DNA of 33,966 nt from Octopus sinensis (lineage: Eukaryota), in contig NW_021831979.1 of assembly GCF_006345805.1 (NCBI RefSeq), positions 1-33,966 of the forward strand, read 5' to 3'. The notes under the pieces were generated by a model. The model did no database searches. It saw only the letters and a list, made by a program, of their open reading frames with translations, and was not told the origin of the DNA. The translations under genes and the position numbers were made by a program. Positions 1 to 13,096 of this stretch are shown here, piece by piece (positions within the stretch are counted from its first letter, which is position 1; each line of letters starts with the position of its first letter).

Positions 1-60
1 ATCAGGGCTTTATTATTATTATTCTTTATCGTGTGTTGTTGTTTTCATTGTTATTATTAT

Positions 61-3000
61 ATATTGACTTTTGACTTGTATTTGTACAAGTTAGCTCCAA
101 ATCTCACCCACAGACCTCAAGAGACAAGTTAGAAGTTCATGTTAGTGTTATGCCAAGGTTGTCATATATTTGGTTTTGTACATAGTGTTGTTCTAGAGAA
201 TGTTTAAGACAACAAGAAAATTATGAATTTGTTTTAAAATTTGAGATTACATTGACAGTATTTTACGTAAGATATGGGTAGTTCCCATGAGCACTATCTT
301 TTGAAAATCTGACATTTTGGGGTTTCCTGGTATATGAGCTAGGTAGCAATCAACCCCTTTTGCTATCATTCTTTGGATACCTATAACAACAGGTATTGTT
401 TTAGTCTTGAGGTTCCACATTTTGCCAATTTCCATTTCAAGACCTTTATACTTGCTCAAATTTTGGTAGGTCTTGACATATACATTTATATGATTTTTGT
501 CTGAAGTCTTTCAAAATGTCTGGCCTATTCGCTTGTATCTTTCTGTCAGTTTGAATGGTGAAGCTCCAGAGGAGTGAGATGTGATTATTTTTAATCACTA
601 GAGGTGGTTTGTGTTCCTAACAGTTGTTATAATGGGGCAGGTCCAGGTTTTTGTAAATTACCCAGTGAATATATTGTGCTACTCTTTCATGACTGTTGAG
701 ATACTCTGTCGGCGCAAGAAGACTGCACTTGGAGACAACATGATCAATTGTTTCATTTTGTTACTGATATAAACGACATGGGCTACTGCTGCTCTTTAAT
801 ATGTTGGCCTGGTAGTTTCATGTAGGTAGGCATTGATCTTCTGTTTCTGATTTTGAGCCAGAAGACACTAACCATTGATGAGTAAGAGCTTTGTCAACAT
901 CGGCATTATTAGCTCTCTTTGGGAATTTGCCATCGAGCGGTTTTCTTGCCATTTATCAGTAAAAATATCTAAGGCAGCGGGTTTAGCACGGTTTTTCATA
1001 CGCTTAGCTTTTTCTGTGCTTGTTTCCATTACGTCTAATTCTGGAATTTGTTGTATTTGGAATTCACTTAGATATTCCTTTACCTGTTTTGTTACTGGGT
1101 ATGATGCTATCTTGTTTTCATGCTTTGAGATAAGTATTAACATCCAGTCCTCAGAGTTTTTCAGGTAAGTGTCTAGGACTATTGTGGCAATCTTCATTGT
1201 TAATTCCAGTTGTAAAAGTCCACGGTGACCCTCTTTTCTTAGGGTGGTATATTCTGAGCATTGTCAACAGTTTTCGTATTTCTCTGTCAAGTTTACATAT
1301 TTCAATAATTGACCAGTTAATAATATTCAAACTGTAAGTCACGGCTGCCATGGCTAAAGCATTGATCGCTTCGATCCTGTTTCTTGCATTCAGCTCTGTC
1401 TTGAGTATTGCCGTTACCCTGAGATAACATTCTCTTCTGATCCTTTCCCTCATCACTGAATGTTTGATTCTGTTCCCTTCAAATACCCCCTAAGTATTTG
1501 TAGCTCTCCGCTGGTTCTAACTCCTTTATGATATATGCTGGTCAAGATTAACAAAGGATGTTTCTGTGATTTTTTCCTTTGATAAAGGTAGCTTTTGCAT
1601 ATTTATCGAAGCCCAATTGCATCCTGATGTCATCACTGAATTGTTTAACAATCGCTAGTAAGCTATTGAGTTGTTGGTCATTTTTTGCAAAGAGCTTTTA
1701 ATCATCCATGTATATGAGATGATTTATATTTTTATCAAACATTTTATAACCGTACTGTGCATCATTGAGCAATTTTGAGAGAGGTATTAAGGCTAAACAA
1801 AAGAGGAATGGTGATAGTGAGTCACCCTGGAAAATGCCACATGAAATTCTTACATCTCCAGCATTAAGAGATTCATTGTCACTGTTCAAAGTCATTGTAG
1901 TTCTCCATGAAGTTTCGCTGAGTAGGTGCTATTTTATACATTTCCAGACATTTCTTAATCCACCCATGTAGTAGACTATCAAAAGCTTTTTTATAGTCTA
2001 TCCAGGCTATCGACAAGTTTTTGTGTCGTCTGTGACAATCTTCCAAGATCTTATTAATGTGTAGCTGATCTTTACAACCATAGGACCCACGTTTACATCC
2101 TTTTCGCTTATTAGGGAATATGCCACTTTCTATATAAAAAAAACTATAGGTATATTCAGTCAAGACAGATGTTAGTATTTTAAACACTTCTTTTGATGGT
2201 GCAGACTTTACTGTCACTGGTATTTTCCCTATCTTCCTGTAAAACGTTTTTTTGATTATTTTGGCACATGGTGGTTTCCTTGAAGAATCTAACGCACTTT
2301 TCATACCTAGTTATGCGGGCAGCTTTAGCACAAACCTTTTGCTTGATAGTTTCTATGGTGGTATCGATGTCAAATATGGTTTTCATTTTCGATTTTTTTC
2401 TTTACTTTTCGGATTTTTGTTGGTTTGATAGTCTTCTCAAACTTAAAGGTTTTTTAAACATTCTACGTCAGATCTAAATAGCTGAATTTGGTGTTGAATT
2501 CTCTTTTGCCAAGTAGGCTTTTTGTGGGAATGTTGTCGTTGTCTAATCTTTTCACCACATAGAATCGTTGAGATTTTCGCGGATGCATCGTACAGTGGTT
2601 GAGATTTGTAATATCAACATCATTAGCTGAAATTATATCTTTAAGCGCAAAGCGGATTTTACCAATTACTTTCAGGTTTTGGTTAGAATTGCGAATTTTG
2701 GGGAGAGTGTCGCATTCATTTATACTGGTTTCTTTAAAATTCAGTCATTCAATCATGATTTGATTTTTTAGATCATGTAGTTCAGTTGGTTCAATTTCTG
2801 TGTGACTTTCTTCATCTATTTGATTTTCATCTGCTTTAGTGTTTATGATTGTTTCAGATAGTATTTCAATTTGCTTATCAGTTACATTAACACTTTCAGT
2901 CATTATTGCATTTTCACCAGCCTTGGCTGGTCTATAATTATTTCCTCTGTAGTATCTTCTTTAGCTGCAAATTCGTTCCTTTTATCCCTTACTGATTGTT

Positions 3001-4063
3001 TAATATGGTCAATCTGACTTTGGTAAGTTTGTTGCTGTCTATGTAGGGTCTTACTTCAAGGTGTTTCTGTGTCCAGTTTAAGTAGGTTTGTACAGTATTA
3101 GATTTATTTGTGGGAAAATATATAGCATGATAGAAGGCCTTAAGAACTTCTTTATTATCTCCCCTAGACCATTTTTCATTCATTTTCTTTTGGTTATTTG
3201 ATGATGAGTATAGATCGTCATCTGTTGGGATATTCCGGTTGTGGGGTACTTCCAGTTCCTGTGTTTCGGGAAGATTTGAACCAGTAGCTGGTTTTTCGTA
3301 CCGAATCTAGTTTATCATTTGATTACGCGGTCCTTGGTGTTGCGGGTGACGGCAGAATTGGTTTGTATTTTGCTTTGTTATCATTGAAGCATGACGATCT
3401 TGGACGTTGACGTTAGGGGACGGATCTGTCTGTTTAGGGTTAATTTTTTGAGACAACACTGCTTCCGGGTTCTCTGGATGAAAACATTGCTCATGACGTA
3501 GCTTCTTCAGGCTATAAGGTCTGTATTCGTCTGTTTTTTTTTTTTTTGATAGATTTATCTCCGGGCATAGCCTTTTGTGATTTTTAAAAAACTTATGAAT
3601 TGTTCACTCTGTGTTAGTTTGGAAAATAAAAAGTTGTTTTGCTTTTTTTAAATTTGTTTTCATATGCGTGTATGTGTGTCCTGTAAATTTCACGTAGTTG
3701 TGTAAACATTGGGATGTATGTGTAGTCCTATGGGTATTAAAATGTATCAATGATTGTTTAGACATTCGAGTGTATGCATAATTAATCGATTTATGTACTT
3801 ACTGTCTTGTTCCATTTATATTTTATAATTTGTAAACTTTCAGATGTTGATTTCGCGTGTGTGTTTCGCACATGTTTCACTGAGACATCGTGCATAGGAG
3901 AAACTGTGCTTTGTATGGCAGTAAAATTTCGTTTTCGTTTTTGTGAATATCTTCGTTAAAAGGCCGCTTCCTTCAAGTCTTCCACACATTCCTTTATCCT
4001 ATTCCACCGATGTTATTAGATTAGATTTGATTTTAAATGGGGACCCCGGTGTAGCACATCCAT
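61..4063 (-). mobile_element. Decayed R4/Dong-like non-LTR retrotransposon (RLE type), copy 1
   Basis: Collinear minus-strand fragments: N-terminal KWSRGDNKEV..AFYHA (2989-3183); RT motifs KGCKRGSYGCKDQL and AWIDYKKAFDS (1879-2304), GIFQGDSLSP..YMDD (1698-1895); post-RT ILKTELNARNRIEAIN (1151-1456); RLE end SKYKGLEMEI..MWNLKT..GTTHILRKILS (247-459). Degenerate (AAT)n tail at ~10-60. Many stops/frameshifts and an internal deletion near 2187 (PSKEV joined to FKILTS). Confidence 0.9.
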
Positions 4064-4220
4064 GTTGTTATTACTACTACTACTACTACTACTGCTGCTG
4101 CTGCTACTGCTGCTCCTGCTTCTGCTACTACTACTACTGCTGCTGCTGCTACTACTACAACAACTACTGCTGTTGCTGCTGCTACTACTACTGCTGCTGC
4201 TGCTACTACTACAATTACTG

Positions 4221-4265
<45 letters not shown>

Positions 4266-4266
4266 T
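4064..4266. repeat. Compound (CTA)n/(CTG)n microsatellite
   Basis: Directly visible; abuts the 5' end of LINE copy 1. Confidence 0.97.
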
Positions 4267-4647
4267 TTCCATTTCACTTTTTAAAGTTCTCGATTTTTCT
4301 TGCTTCCGTTAATTCTGCAAGAACGGATAGCCACTTGTTGTCAAAGGTTTCACAGGTACAAATGGAAAAGTGTATGGGACCTACGTAAAGCACGAAAATA
4401 TATGTCGCAAGGGGAAAGCAATATGGCGCTGCAGAAGTGACATTCGCTACAAAAGACGAAGACAGAAAACTTTCATCCTTAACTTTGAAAAATGACAAAC
4501 TGGGTCTCGTACTTATATACGTTTGCCGTCGAATAGTGAAAGTAAAAATTGGAGATTTATTTCTAGAGATAGACATCTACTAGTTGGTGGTAGCGGTCTT
4601 TCTGAACATAGAGTATAAAGTCAGTATCTTGCAGGTGCTGAAACTTA

Positions 4648-4740
4648 GTCGATAAAGTAAGTACCAGTTGAACACTAAGGGTCGATATAATCGACTTATA
4701 CTTCCCCTGAAATAACTGGTCTTGCGCCAAAAGTTAAAAT
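4648..4740 (+). mobile_element. 3' fragment of tRNA-derived SINE family B
   Basis: GTCGATAAAGTAAGTACCAGTTG..GGGTCGATATAATCGACTT matches the B body at 15144-15355 and 27120-27610; runs straight into the (ATC)n array. Confidence 0.75.
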
Positions 4741-4771
4741 CATCACCATCATCTTCATCATCATCATCATC

Positions 4772-4823
<52 letters not shown>

Positions 4824-4891
4824 CCATCATCATCAGCATCATCATCGTCAACATCATCATCATCATCGTCATCATCATCATCATCGTCATT

Positions 4892-4928
<37 letters not shown>

Positions 4929-5038
4929 CCATTATTATCATCATCATCATCGTCATCATCATCATCGTCATTATCATCATCATCATTCTCATCATCATCA
5001 TCGTCATCATCATCATCGTCATCATCATCATCGTCATT

Positions 5039-5069
<31 letters not shown>

Positions 5070-5128
5070 CCATTATCATCATCATCATCATGGTCAACAT
5101 CATCATCGTCATCATCATCATCGTCATT

Positions 5129-5176
<48 letters not shown>

Positions 5177-5233
5177 TTCATCATCATCACCATCATCACC
5201 ATTATCATCATCGTCAACATCATCATCACCATC

Positions 5234-5295
<62 letters not shown>
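4739..5295. repeat. Long imperfect (ATC)n microsatellite
   Basis: Directly visible; source of the poly-Asp/Ser/Met/Ile ORFs. Confidence 0.98.
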
Positions 5296-5760
5296 AGCTA
5301 TATTGTTTAAAGAGTTGCATATGTATTTCGTTTAATTTCTTCTTAACCACAGACGATTTCCAGGTTATGGACAATGAAGAAAAGTAATTTTTAAAAATCA
5401 GAATTCCTAACCAGAGTTAAAAGAATTTAATTGTGTGACAAAAGAATTGAAATTGTTTGCATTACTCCTTCACCGTTTCAGATAAAAATATTTTTAAAAA
5501 AACAACTTTTGCGAAGAATTCTTTTCTTTTTTTATTCGTCACTTTATACACAAATAAAATGGCTGCTGTAGCATTTAAAAATACACCCCGCCAAAATACA
5601 CCAAAAGAGAAAGAAAAAGAAGAAAAGTGAATGAAAACAATTTTTGCAGACAGTAGATAAATAAAAAGAAAAAAAAAAGAAACAATAAATTTAATTCCTC
5701 AGCAGGATACTTTTATTTTTAAGAAGCAAATAATGAAATTCTGACAGAAAACGACACGAA

Positions 5761-5914
<154 letters not shown>

Positions 5915-5976
5915 CGGGGGACGTTTAAGGATTACACCGGGAGACGTTTAAGGATTACACCGGGGGACGTTTAAGG
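5915..5976 (+). repeat. 23-bp tandem repeat (about 2.7 copies) at the 5' terminus of LINE copy 2
   Basis: CGGGGGACGTTTAAGGATTACAC at 5915-5937, one-mismatch copy at 5938-5960, partial copy at 5961-5976. Confidence 0.95.
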
Positions 5977-6176
5977 TGTAAGAAGGAAAATTCAGAGCTC
6001 CGAAATCTATCCACAAACATCGAAAACAAGGACATCCTATGTAGCCAAAGTTTTGCTAACAAAGAATTGGACTGTATCCGAGTAAGTAATACTAATTGAA
6101 ATTTATTACTATTTTCGAAACGAAATGATGTATTTTGACTCGATATTATCTCCACCTCTAACGCAACACATGTAAC

Positions 6177-9100
6177 ATGCGTGGAACATCACGATCATCC
6201 CCGACCTCAAACACCATGTACAAAGGAACTACGAAGAAATTAAATGCCACCGATACTATTCAACCCAAGAATAACAATCGAGCGGTACGTACATTAAACC
6301 TACAACAAAAAATGTACGAAAAACTACACGTGCGAAATAATGTGACAACAGAAATAAACGGACCGGTACCCTACGAAAATGACGACCGTCAAAATAATGG
6401 GCCGGACGTTGTACCTCATGTCCCGCAAATAAAACCCAAAAGACGTAAATGGACACGTGAGGAATACATTTCTATCTTACACGCATACTACACAGCAGTA
6501 CTCTACCCCAAAAATGAAAATACAACAACACATACATATAAAATATGGAAGGAAAATAATAGAGATATAGACTTGGATACAGCAATGAACCCTAATAAAT
6601 TAGCTAACGTACGAAGATACATTCTCAACACAAAAAAAATATCAGAAATAGAAATAGAACACCTAAAAGAAAACATACACCAGGAAAATGTAGATAGAAG
6701 CCACACAACAATGCCCAATAATATAAACACTGAAACTGTAAAACACGAAGACAAACGCAACAAACACGATGTAAACAACGAAGGGGAGCCTAATGATTAT
6801 GATAATATAAAAAATAAAATAATCTTAGAACTGAAAACCACAGAGCCCAAAATGGACCACCGACCATACCTCCCAAGAATAAAAATAAACGAAATAACAC
6901 CACCAATTATAAACAGCATAAACCTAGCCGTCACTGAACTAGCCACTGAAACAAAAAAAAGTGATATCACTGAACTAAATGACTTGATATACGCAGCAGC
7001 CACTGCAGCACAAAAGAAGCTGGATACTCACCCAAACCCGCCCAAACAGGAGTACCACCACCCAAACAAACCCTGTGGATAAATAACATCCAAAACAAAA
7101 TTTAAAAAAACTTAGAAAAGACCTGTCGATTCTTAATGAAATCAGCAAAGAATCAACGCTACTGAGCAACAAAAAGAGAACAAAAATGCTCCACAAATAT
7201 AACATCACAGAAAAAGATTTGCCGGAGATAAAAGAAAAGCTGAAGCAAGATATCCTTGCCAAAGCTCAAAGGATCCGCCGGTACGAGAAACGCCAACGCT
7301 TCTTTGAACAGAACAAAAAGTTCAACACCAACCCCAAAAAGTTCTACCAAGAACTGGAAAAAAATAAAATAGAAGTCACTGCAGCACCAACGGCAGAAGA
7401 CTTGGAAGAATTCTGGAGAGAAATATGGTCGGCGAACGAACAGCCAAAAAAAAGGAGTATCAAAATAACAAACTCGGCATCCATAACAACTGAAGAGGTC
7501 ACCCAGGCACTGCAAAAACTAAGCAACTGGAAGGCACCTGGGCATGACAAGATCCACAACTTCTGGTTGAAATATCTAACAGGAATGCACAAAAAGCTGG
7601 CTGAAAACTTTAACAGCATACTAGCAGAGCCAGAGACAATGCCTGAATGGCTCACGAAGGGGAAAACCATCTTAATTCCCAAATCAAATGAAACAGCAAA
7701 ACCAGAAAACTACAGACCAATAACCTGCCTCCCTACTATGTTCAAGGCATTTACAGCAGTGATATCGCAAAAGCTGAACAAGCACCTGGACGAAAACAAA
7801 CTGTTCCCAGAAGAGCAGAAAGGATGCCGCAAAGGCTCATATGGCTGTAAATATCAACTAATGATTAATAAAGCCGTAACTGAAGACAGCCACAGAAAGA
7901 AGAAAGGCCTCAGTATGGCCTGGATTGACTACAAAAAGGCGTTTGATAGCATCCCCCACACATGGATCCTTGAAACACTAGCCATTAACAAAGTAGCACC
8001 AACAATCATAAAATTCATAGAGCACTCTATGAATAAATGGCAAACAGTCTTACATCTCCAAGCAAAAGAGGGACTCATGAAAACCAAAGACATCCCCATC
8101 AGAAGAGGAATATTCCAGGGAGACACGCTCTCTCCACTCCTTTTCTGCTTGGCACTGTCACCTCTATCTGATATGCTAAATAGAACTGGATGCGGATATA
8201 AATGTTACGGCAAAACGATCAGCCACCTTTTATATATGGATGACCTAAAACTATACGCTGCAAATGACAAACAGCTGGAAACACTATTAAAGACAGTTCA
8301 TGGATTTACCAAAGAAATAGATATGAAATTTGGATTAGAAAAATGCGCCAAAGTAACCATGAAAAGAGGAAAACTAGTTAAAAGTAACAACATCACACTA
8401 GATAAAACCAATGAAATAAAAGAATTAGACCAAAGCCAAACTTACAAATACTTAGGAATCCATGAACTAGATAAGACACAACACACACAAATGAAAGAGA
8501 AAAAAAAAAAGAATATTATAGACGAGTTAGATCAATACTAAAAACAGAGCTCAATGCTAAAAACAAGATAATAGGTATCAACACTTTAGCTGTCCCAGTT
8601 ATAAGTTACAGCTACAATATCCTTAACTGGACACGAAATGAACTGTCCAAAATAGATAGGAAAACAAGAAAAATACTGACAGGATCTAGGATGCATCACC
8701 CAAAATCTGACATAGAAAGACTATATATACAACGTATAGAAGGTGGTAGAGGCCTTATACAGCTGGAAAAAACTACTATAAAATAACCACCATAGGATTG
8801 CAAAAATACCTACTTCAGAAGGAGAAGAAAACTGATCCAGATAGCAGCAAAACACGAGCAAAACAAAAAACTGTTCTCAGTATTTAAGGAAGCTTATAAA
8901 TACAAACAAGAAATCATACCACCTAATAACACAAAGAAGAAGAAGAAGATGATGAAGAAACAACAAAAGCTATAAAACAAATGAAATCCAAACTAAAAAT
9001 AGAACAGCAACGAACCATGATAAAACGATGGCAAGAAAAGCCCCTTCATGGTAAATACTGCACTAAACTAAACGCAAAAGAAATAGACAAAGAAAGAACC

Positions 9101-9794
9101 CAGCAATGGTTGAGAAGCTCAGGACTCAAAGCAGAAACAGAGGGATTTTTAATTGCAGCACAAGACCAAAGCCTCCCCACCAGAAATTACCAAAAACATG
9201 TAATGAAAAGAAATATTACAAGTAACTGCAGAATATGTGGAGATGGACAAGAAACAATAAATCATATTATCTCTAGCTGCCCAGTCCTGGCTAAGAAGGA
9301 ATATATTCACAGACATGACAGAGTTGGAACCTACATACATTGGAAGCTATGCCAACATTAGGAATAACAACAGAAAAAAGATGGTATAGGCACACACCAG
9401 AAAAGGTCACAGAAGAAAAGAGAAAGCAACCATACTCTGGGATATGCCGATACACACAGATAGAGAAATTAAGGCCAACAGACCAGATATAGTTGTCAGA
9501 GATCATGAGAAAAAAATGCTTTCTAATTGATGTATCAATACCGGCAGATGACAACGTGTCTCTAAAAGAAATGGAGAAACTCTCAAATACAAAGACCTGG
9601 AAATAGAGGTAACTAGAATGTGGAATCTGAAAACAGAAACAATTCCTATCATAGTAGGTGCATTAGGCATGATAAAAAAATATTCAGACAAATACATAAC
9701 AAAAACACCAGGACTTACAAACACATATATCATACAGAAAATTGCACTACTAGGCACTGCACACATCCTACGCAGAGCACTTTCCATACAATAA
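6177..9794 (+). pseudogene. Frameshifted retrotransposon ORF: N-terminal domain, reverse transcriptase, CX2CX8HX4C finger, PD-(D/E)xK restriction-like endonuclease
   Basis: RRKWTREEY (6447); WKAPGHD, NYRPITCL, AWIDYKKAFDS, GIFQGDTLSP, LLYMDDLKLYA (7186-8541); CRICGDGQETINHIISSC in 8981-9361; RPDIVV..LIDVSIP..KYKDLEIE..GTAHILRRALSIQ* (stop 9792-9794). About ten 1-nt frame changes must be assumed. Confidence 0.92.
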
Positions 9795-9887
9795 CCATCA
9801 GAGCATCACAACAAATCACAGCACATACCCAAGGCACCAGAGTTGCGCTCGGTAGTGAAGTGAAAGCACGCTATAAAAATAAAACTA

Positions 9888-9890
<3 letters not shown>

Positions 9891-9942
<52 letters not shown>

Positions 9943-10129
9943 TAATAATAATAATAATAAGAAGAAGAAGAAGAAGAAGAAGAGAAGAAGAAGAGAAGAA
10001 GAAGAAGAAGGAAGAAGAAGAAGAACAAGAACAAGAACAAGAACAAGAACAAGAAGAACAAGAAGAACAAGAAGAACAAGAACAAGAACAAGAAGAACGA
10101 GAACAACAACAACAACAACAACAACAGCA
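9891..10129. repeat. (AAT)n tail followed by (GAA)n, (GAACAA)n and (AAC)n arrays
   Basis: Directly visible; (AAT)n 9891-9960. Confidence 0.97.
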
Positions 10130-10400
10130 ACTCTCGGAGAGCGCAAATCTCCGCTAAAGTAACGAGAATATCTTAAATAAACTCGACTCGTCTCACAAAC
10201 GAGAATACTAAAAATGAACCCGACTGCTCTCAAAAATCAAGTAAAACAAAAAAGGAAAAAAAACCTACAATCTTTATCCGGTACCTGATCGATCCTAAAG
10301 GTTAGTCATGGAATATGAAGGTGGCTGCAATAAATACTTTATCCTTATCCAAAGTTAGCAAATTCACCATTCAAAAGAGTTTCAAAGGCGGAGGTAATAA
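10130..10400. mobile_element. Short non-autonomous element with subterminal inverted repeat (possibly Helentron/HINE-like)
   Basis: ATCTCCGC (10147-10154) and GCGGAGGT (10388-10395) are inverted, 7/8 match. The start CTCGGAGAGCGCAAATCTCCGC resembles a repeat class I recall; class not verified. Confidence 0.35.
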
Positions 10401-10804
10401 CAATAAGTTCTACTCTGGAATTTTTAAATGAACAGCATGAGACCTTTTGGTTTTCTCTTCTCTTAAATTCTAGCCTTACTTTAGTATCCTTGTTGTTTTA
10501 GATCCATGTATAGATGTATGTATATATGTAAGTATACTATAAAATCTTAATATATATGTATACTATATATACTATAAAAAATATGTTAGTGTTATTTAAT
10601 TTCTGAACGATTTTGCTGCCATTTATTTACGTAGTTTGATTTCATTATCCATCAGTTTCTACTCAGACAGAGACGCGAGTAAAATTAAAAAAGAGTGAAA
10701 CGAAAATGAAACTTTGGAGACAGCCTAAAGGGAGATAATTGAAAAAGACTTGAAAGTCAACGTAAGATTGTAATCATGTAAAGTAAAGTAAATATAACAA
10801 ATAA

Positions 10805-10950
10805 TTCAGAATCGTTGTCCAGTGTCGGATCGATCCCAAAATCTAATCAGATAGTGTCAGTCACGAGGATAAACATCCCTGAACGTTTCATCCGAATCCA
10901 TCCAGCGGATCTTGAGATATCTCCTCCACGGATAGCCAGCCAAACAAAGG
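10805..10950. repeat. Interspersed repeat fragment (ATCCATCCAGCGGATCTTGAGATATC type)
   Basis: Resembles the body of the element class at 10130-10400, from recall only. Confidence 0.3.
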
Positions 10951-11249
10951 GAATCTTAAATTGTCGTTGTGATCTTGGCCGAAAAGGAAGGCATCTGCCC
11001 TCATCCCTTTCACTCAGGTCCACCACACAACCTCTTTCGCTAAGGCCAGCATACAGATAACCGTCTATGGTGATCAAAGTGCGTTCTTGTATGCTATGAC
11101 TATGCCATAGTTTTTTCATTCATCTTGTTACCAAAAAATTCAAAACTAAAATAGATTTGTTTGTCGTGAAAAAAGTTAACGTTTCGGAAAAGATCTTTGG
11201 TCGAGGAGTAATGTTTTCTTATGAAAGTGGATAGTTTGCGCGTTATTAA

Positions 11250-11520
11250 TGAGTGAGTGAGTGAGTAAGTGAGTGACTGAGTGAGTGAGTGAATGAATGA
11301 GTGTTTGGATGGGTGAGTGAATGTAAAAGTGAGGGAAGGCACTGAGTGAATGAGTGAGTAAGTGAAACAGTGTGTGAGTGAATGAATGAGTGTGTGAATG
11401 ACCGAATGAGTGAGCAAGTGGGCGGGTGAGTGTGCAGGTGAGTGAGTGAAAGAGTGAGTGAGCGAATGGGTGTGTGGGTAAATAAGTGAGTGGGTGGATA
11501 AATGAGTTAGAGTGTGAGTG
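11250..11520. repeat. Degenerate (GAGT)n microsatellite
   Basis: Directly visible. Confidence 0.92.
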
Positions 11521-13017
11521 AAGAGAGGAAAATAGGAAATGACAAAAGAATAGGCACGAATCCAAAATAATGTAGAACATATAAAAACAATGAAATCAAC
11601 ATATCGATGAAATTCCCCAGATCGATTTTCATCCAGCATATTTATGATCAGAGCGTTCTAGCCATAACCATTCCATCCTGTTTTCAGATGAGACATCTAG
11701 GAGTTCGTTATGCAATGTCACTTTCCGTTTGTAAATCGTTCGAAGACAATTTTATTTCCTTTTCTATAAGGTTTAGCGATCCAATCGAGGCTCCAACGCT
11801 AGCTTGTTATCACAAGTTAGTCTTATAGATGTGAGTTTTACGCTAATTTTGATTTCCATATTCTCTCATAAACCATATTCACTTCTTTTTCAGATTATTG
11901 CGTTTTCTCTTTCCAACGATTTATCAGAGATCTTTCTTGCCATTCGTGTTACATCCATCTTCTGTAACCATGTTCGTTGCAATTTCTACGCCAGGGAACC
12001 AGAAACTGTTTAAGTATTCTAGCTACTTGCTTACAATTCTTGTATTTCTATCTATTGGACGCAAGAAAATAAAATCATTAGTTTTGTCAATATATTGAGA
12101 AAATCATTGATTGGTTCCTTTTCATCCATTCTTGCTTTTACCTACAGCATTAAGTTCTGTCGTTGTTGTGTGACCAACCGGACAGAACCAAAATCGTTCT
12201 CTTATTTCTTTTCTTTCCTTTCTTTCTGTCTATTACTATATTGTCTAATCTATTCTTTCGTTCGACAACGCTTTAGAGTGTGATTTGAGGGGATTTTAGC
12301 TACGGCTTCTTTCAAGTGGAGCGACAGCGTAGAGGCTACCTCATTGACTTATTCTAAGGAGGAAATCATAGAATGATTGGTGTGTAATGTGTAAGAGGAG
12401 AATATAGCTGCTATTTCTCGTTAGTCACTTTACTTCAATAGAGAAATCTACTTCCAAGCATTTGAAGATTTTTTCAACCAGTGTATCCCTCTTTATTTGT
12501 TCTCTACTTATTATTTCATTACCCCTTCTCTTTCTAGTACCTGCCTCTGACGTCGTATCTACTAACGGGTTTTTTTTTTAATACTTAATAACGTTCTGTT
12601 TATCATTTATGCAGTCATCAAAATTGTTATAACGTCTTGTTGTTGAGATAGGCTCTCTTTCTTTCCTGATGAGAAGATTGCATTTTACACCGTTTATTCC
12701 TTTGGAATAAAACCAATGTTATCTTTGAAACATATGCCGAAAGTAAAAGAATTTGAATAGCATCTGCGTTCAACTCCATTTATTTACGTATACCACACAA
12801 ATTACTGCACATTAACCAGGAGTTTCTACCTTTTAATAGGTCACTTCATCCTTGTTATTTGCGTGAATTTTGCTACCCTGGTAACTGTTTATTGAATTTT
12901 CCATGTTAACAGTAAACAAAGAATAATTCATTCATCCATTTATATATATAAATTAAATTAGAGAAAAAACCATTATTAGGCAACTCGAGTTTATAAGTTT
13001 GGATATACTCCCTAATA

Positions 13018-13020
<3 letters not shown>

Positions 13021-13079
<59 letters not shown>

Positions 13080-13095
13080 TATATTATATATACAT
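13021..13095. repeat. (TA)n microsatellite
   Basis: Directly visible. Confidence 0.95.
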
Positions 13096-13096
13096 T

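Noticed and set aside
3943-4388. Cys/Tyr-rich, poly-Leu and poly-Val ORFs
   Set aside because: Translations of the (CTA/CTG)n array.
4580-5374. 264-aa poly-Asp ORF resembling acidic biomineralisation proteins
   Set aside because: It is an (ATC)n array open in several frames, has no signal peptide, and its C-terminus is an antisense SINE fragment.
5915-5976. CRISPR-like direct repeats
   Set aside because: Contiguous tandem units with no spacers, no cas genes, eukaryotic context.
7159-8126. Antisense ORFs overlapping the RT (also 6256-7262 and 9149-9787)
   Set aside because: Shadow ORFs from the A-rich codon bias of the sense strand; no motifs.
11600-12200. Possible old RT/endonuclease remnant on the minus strand (MKIDLGNFID)
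   Set aside because: Frames are full of stops and no second motif lines up; cannot be supported by eye.
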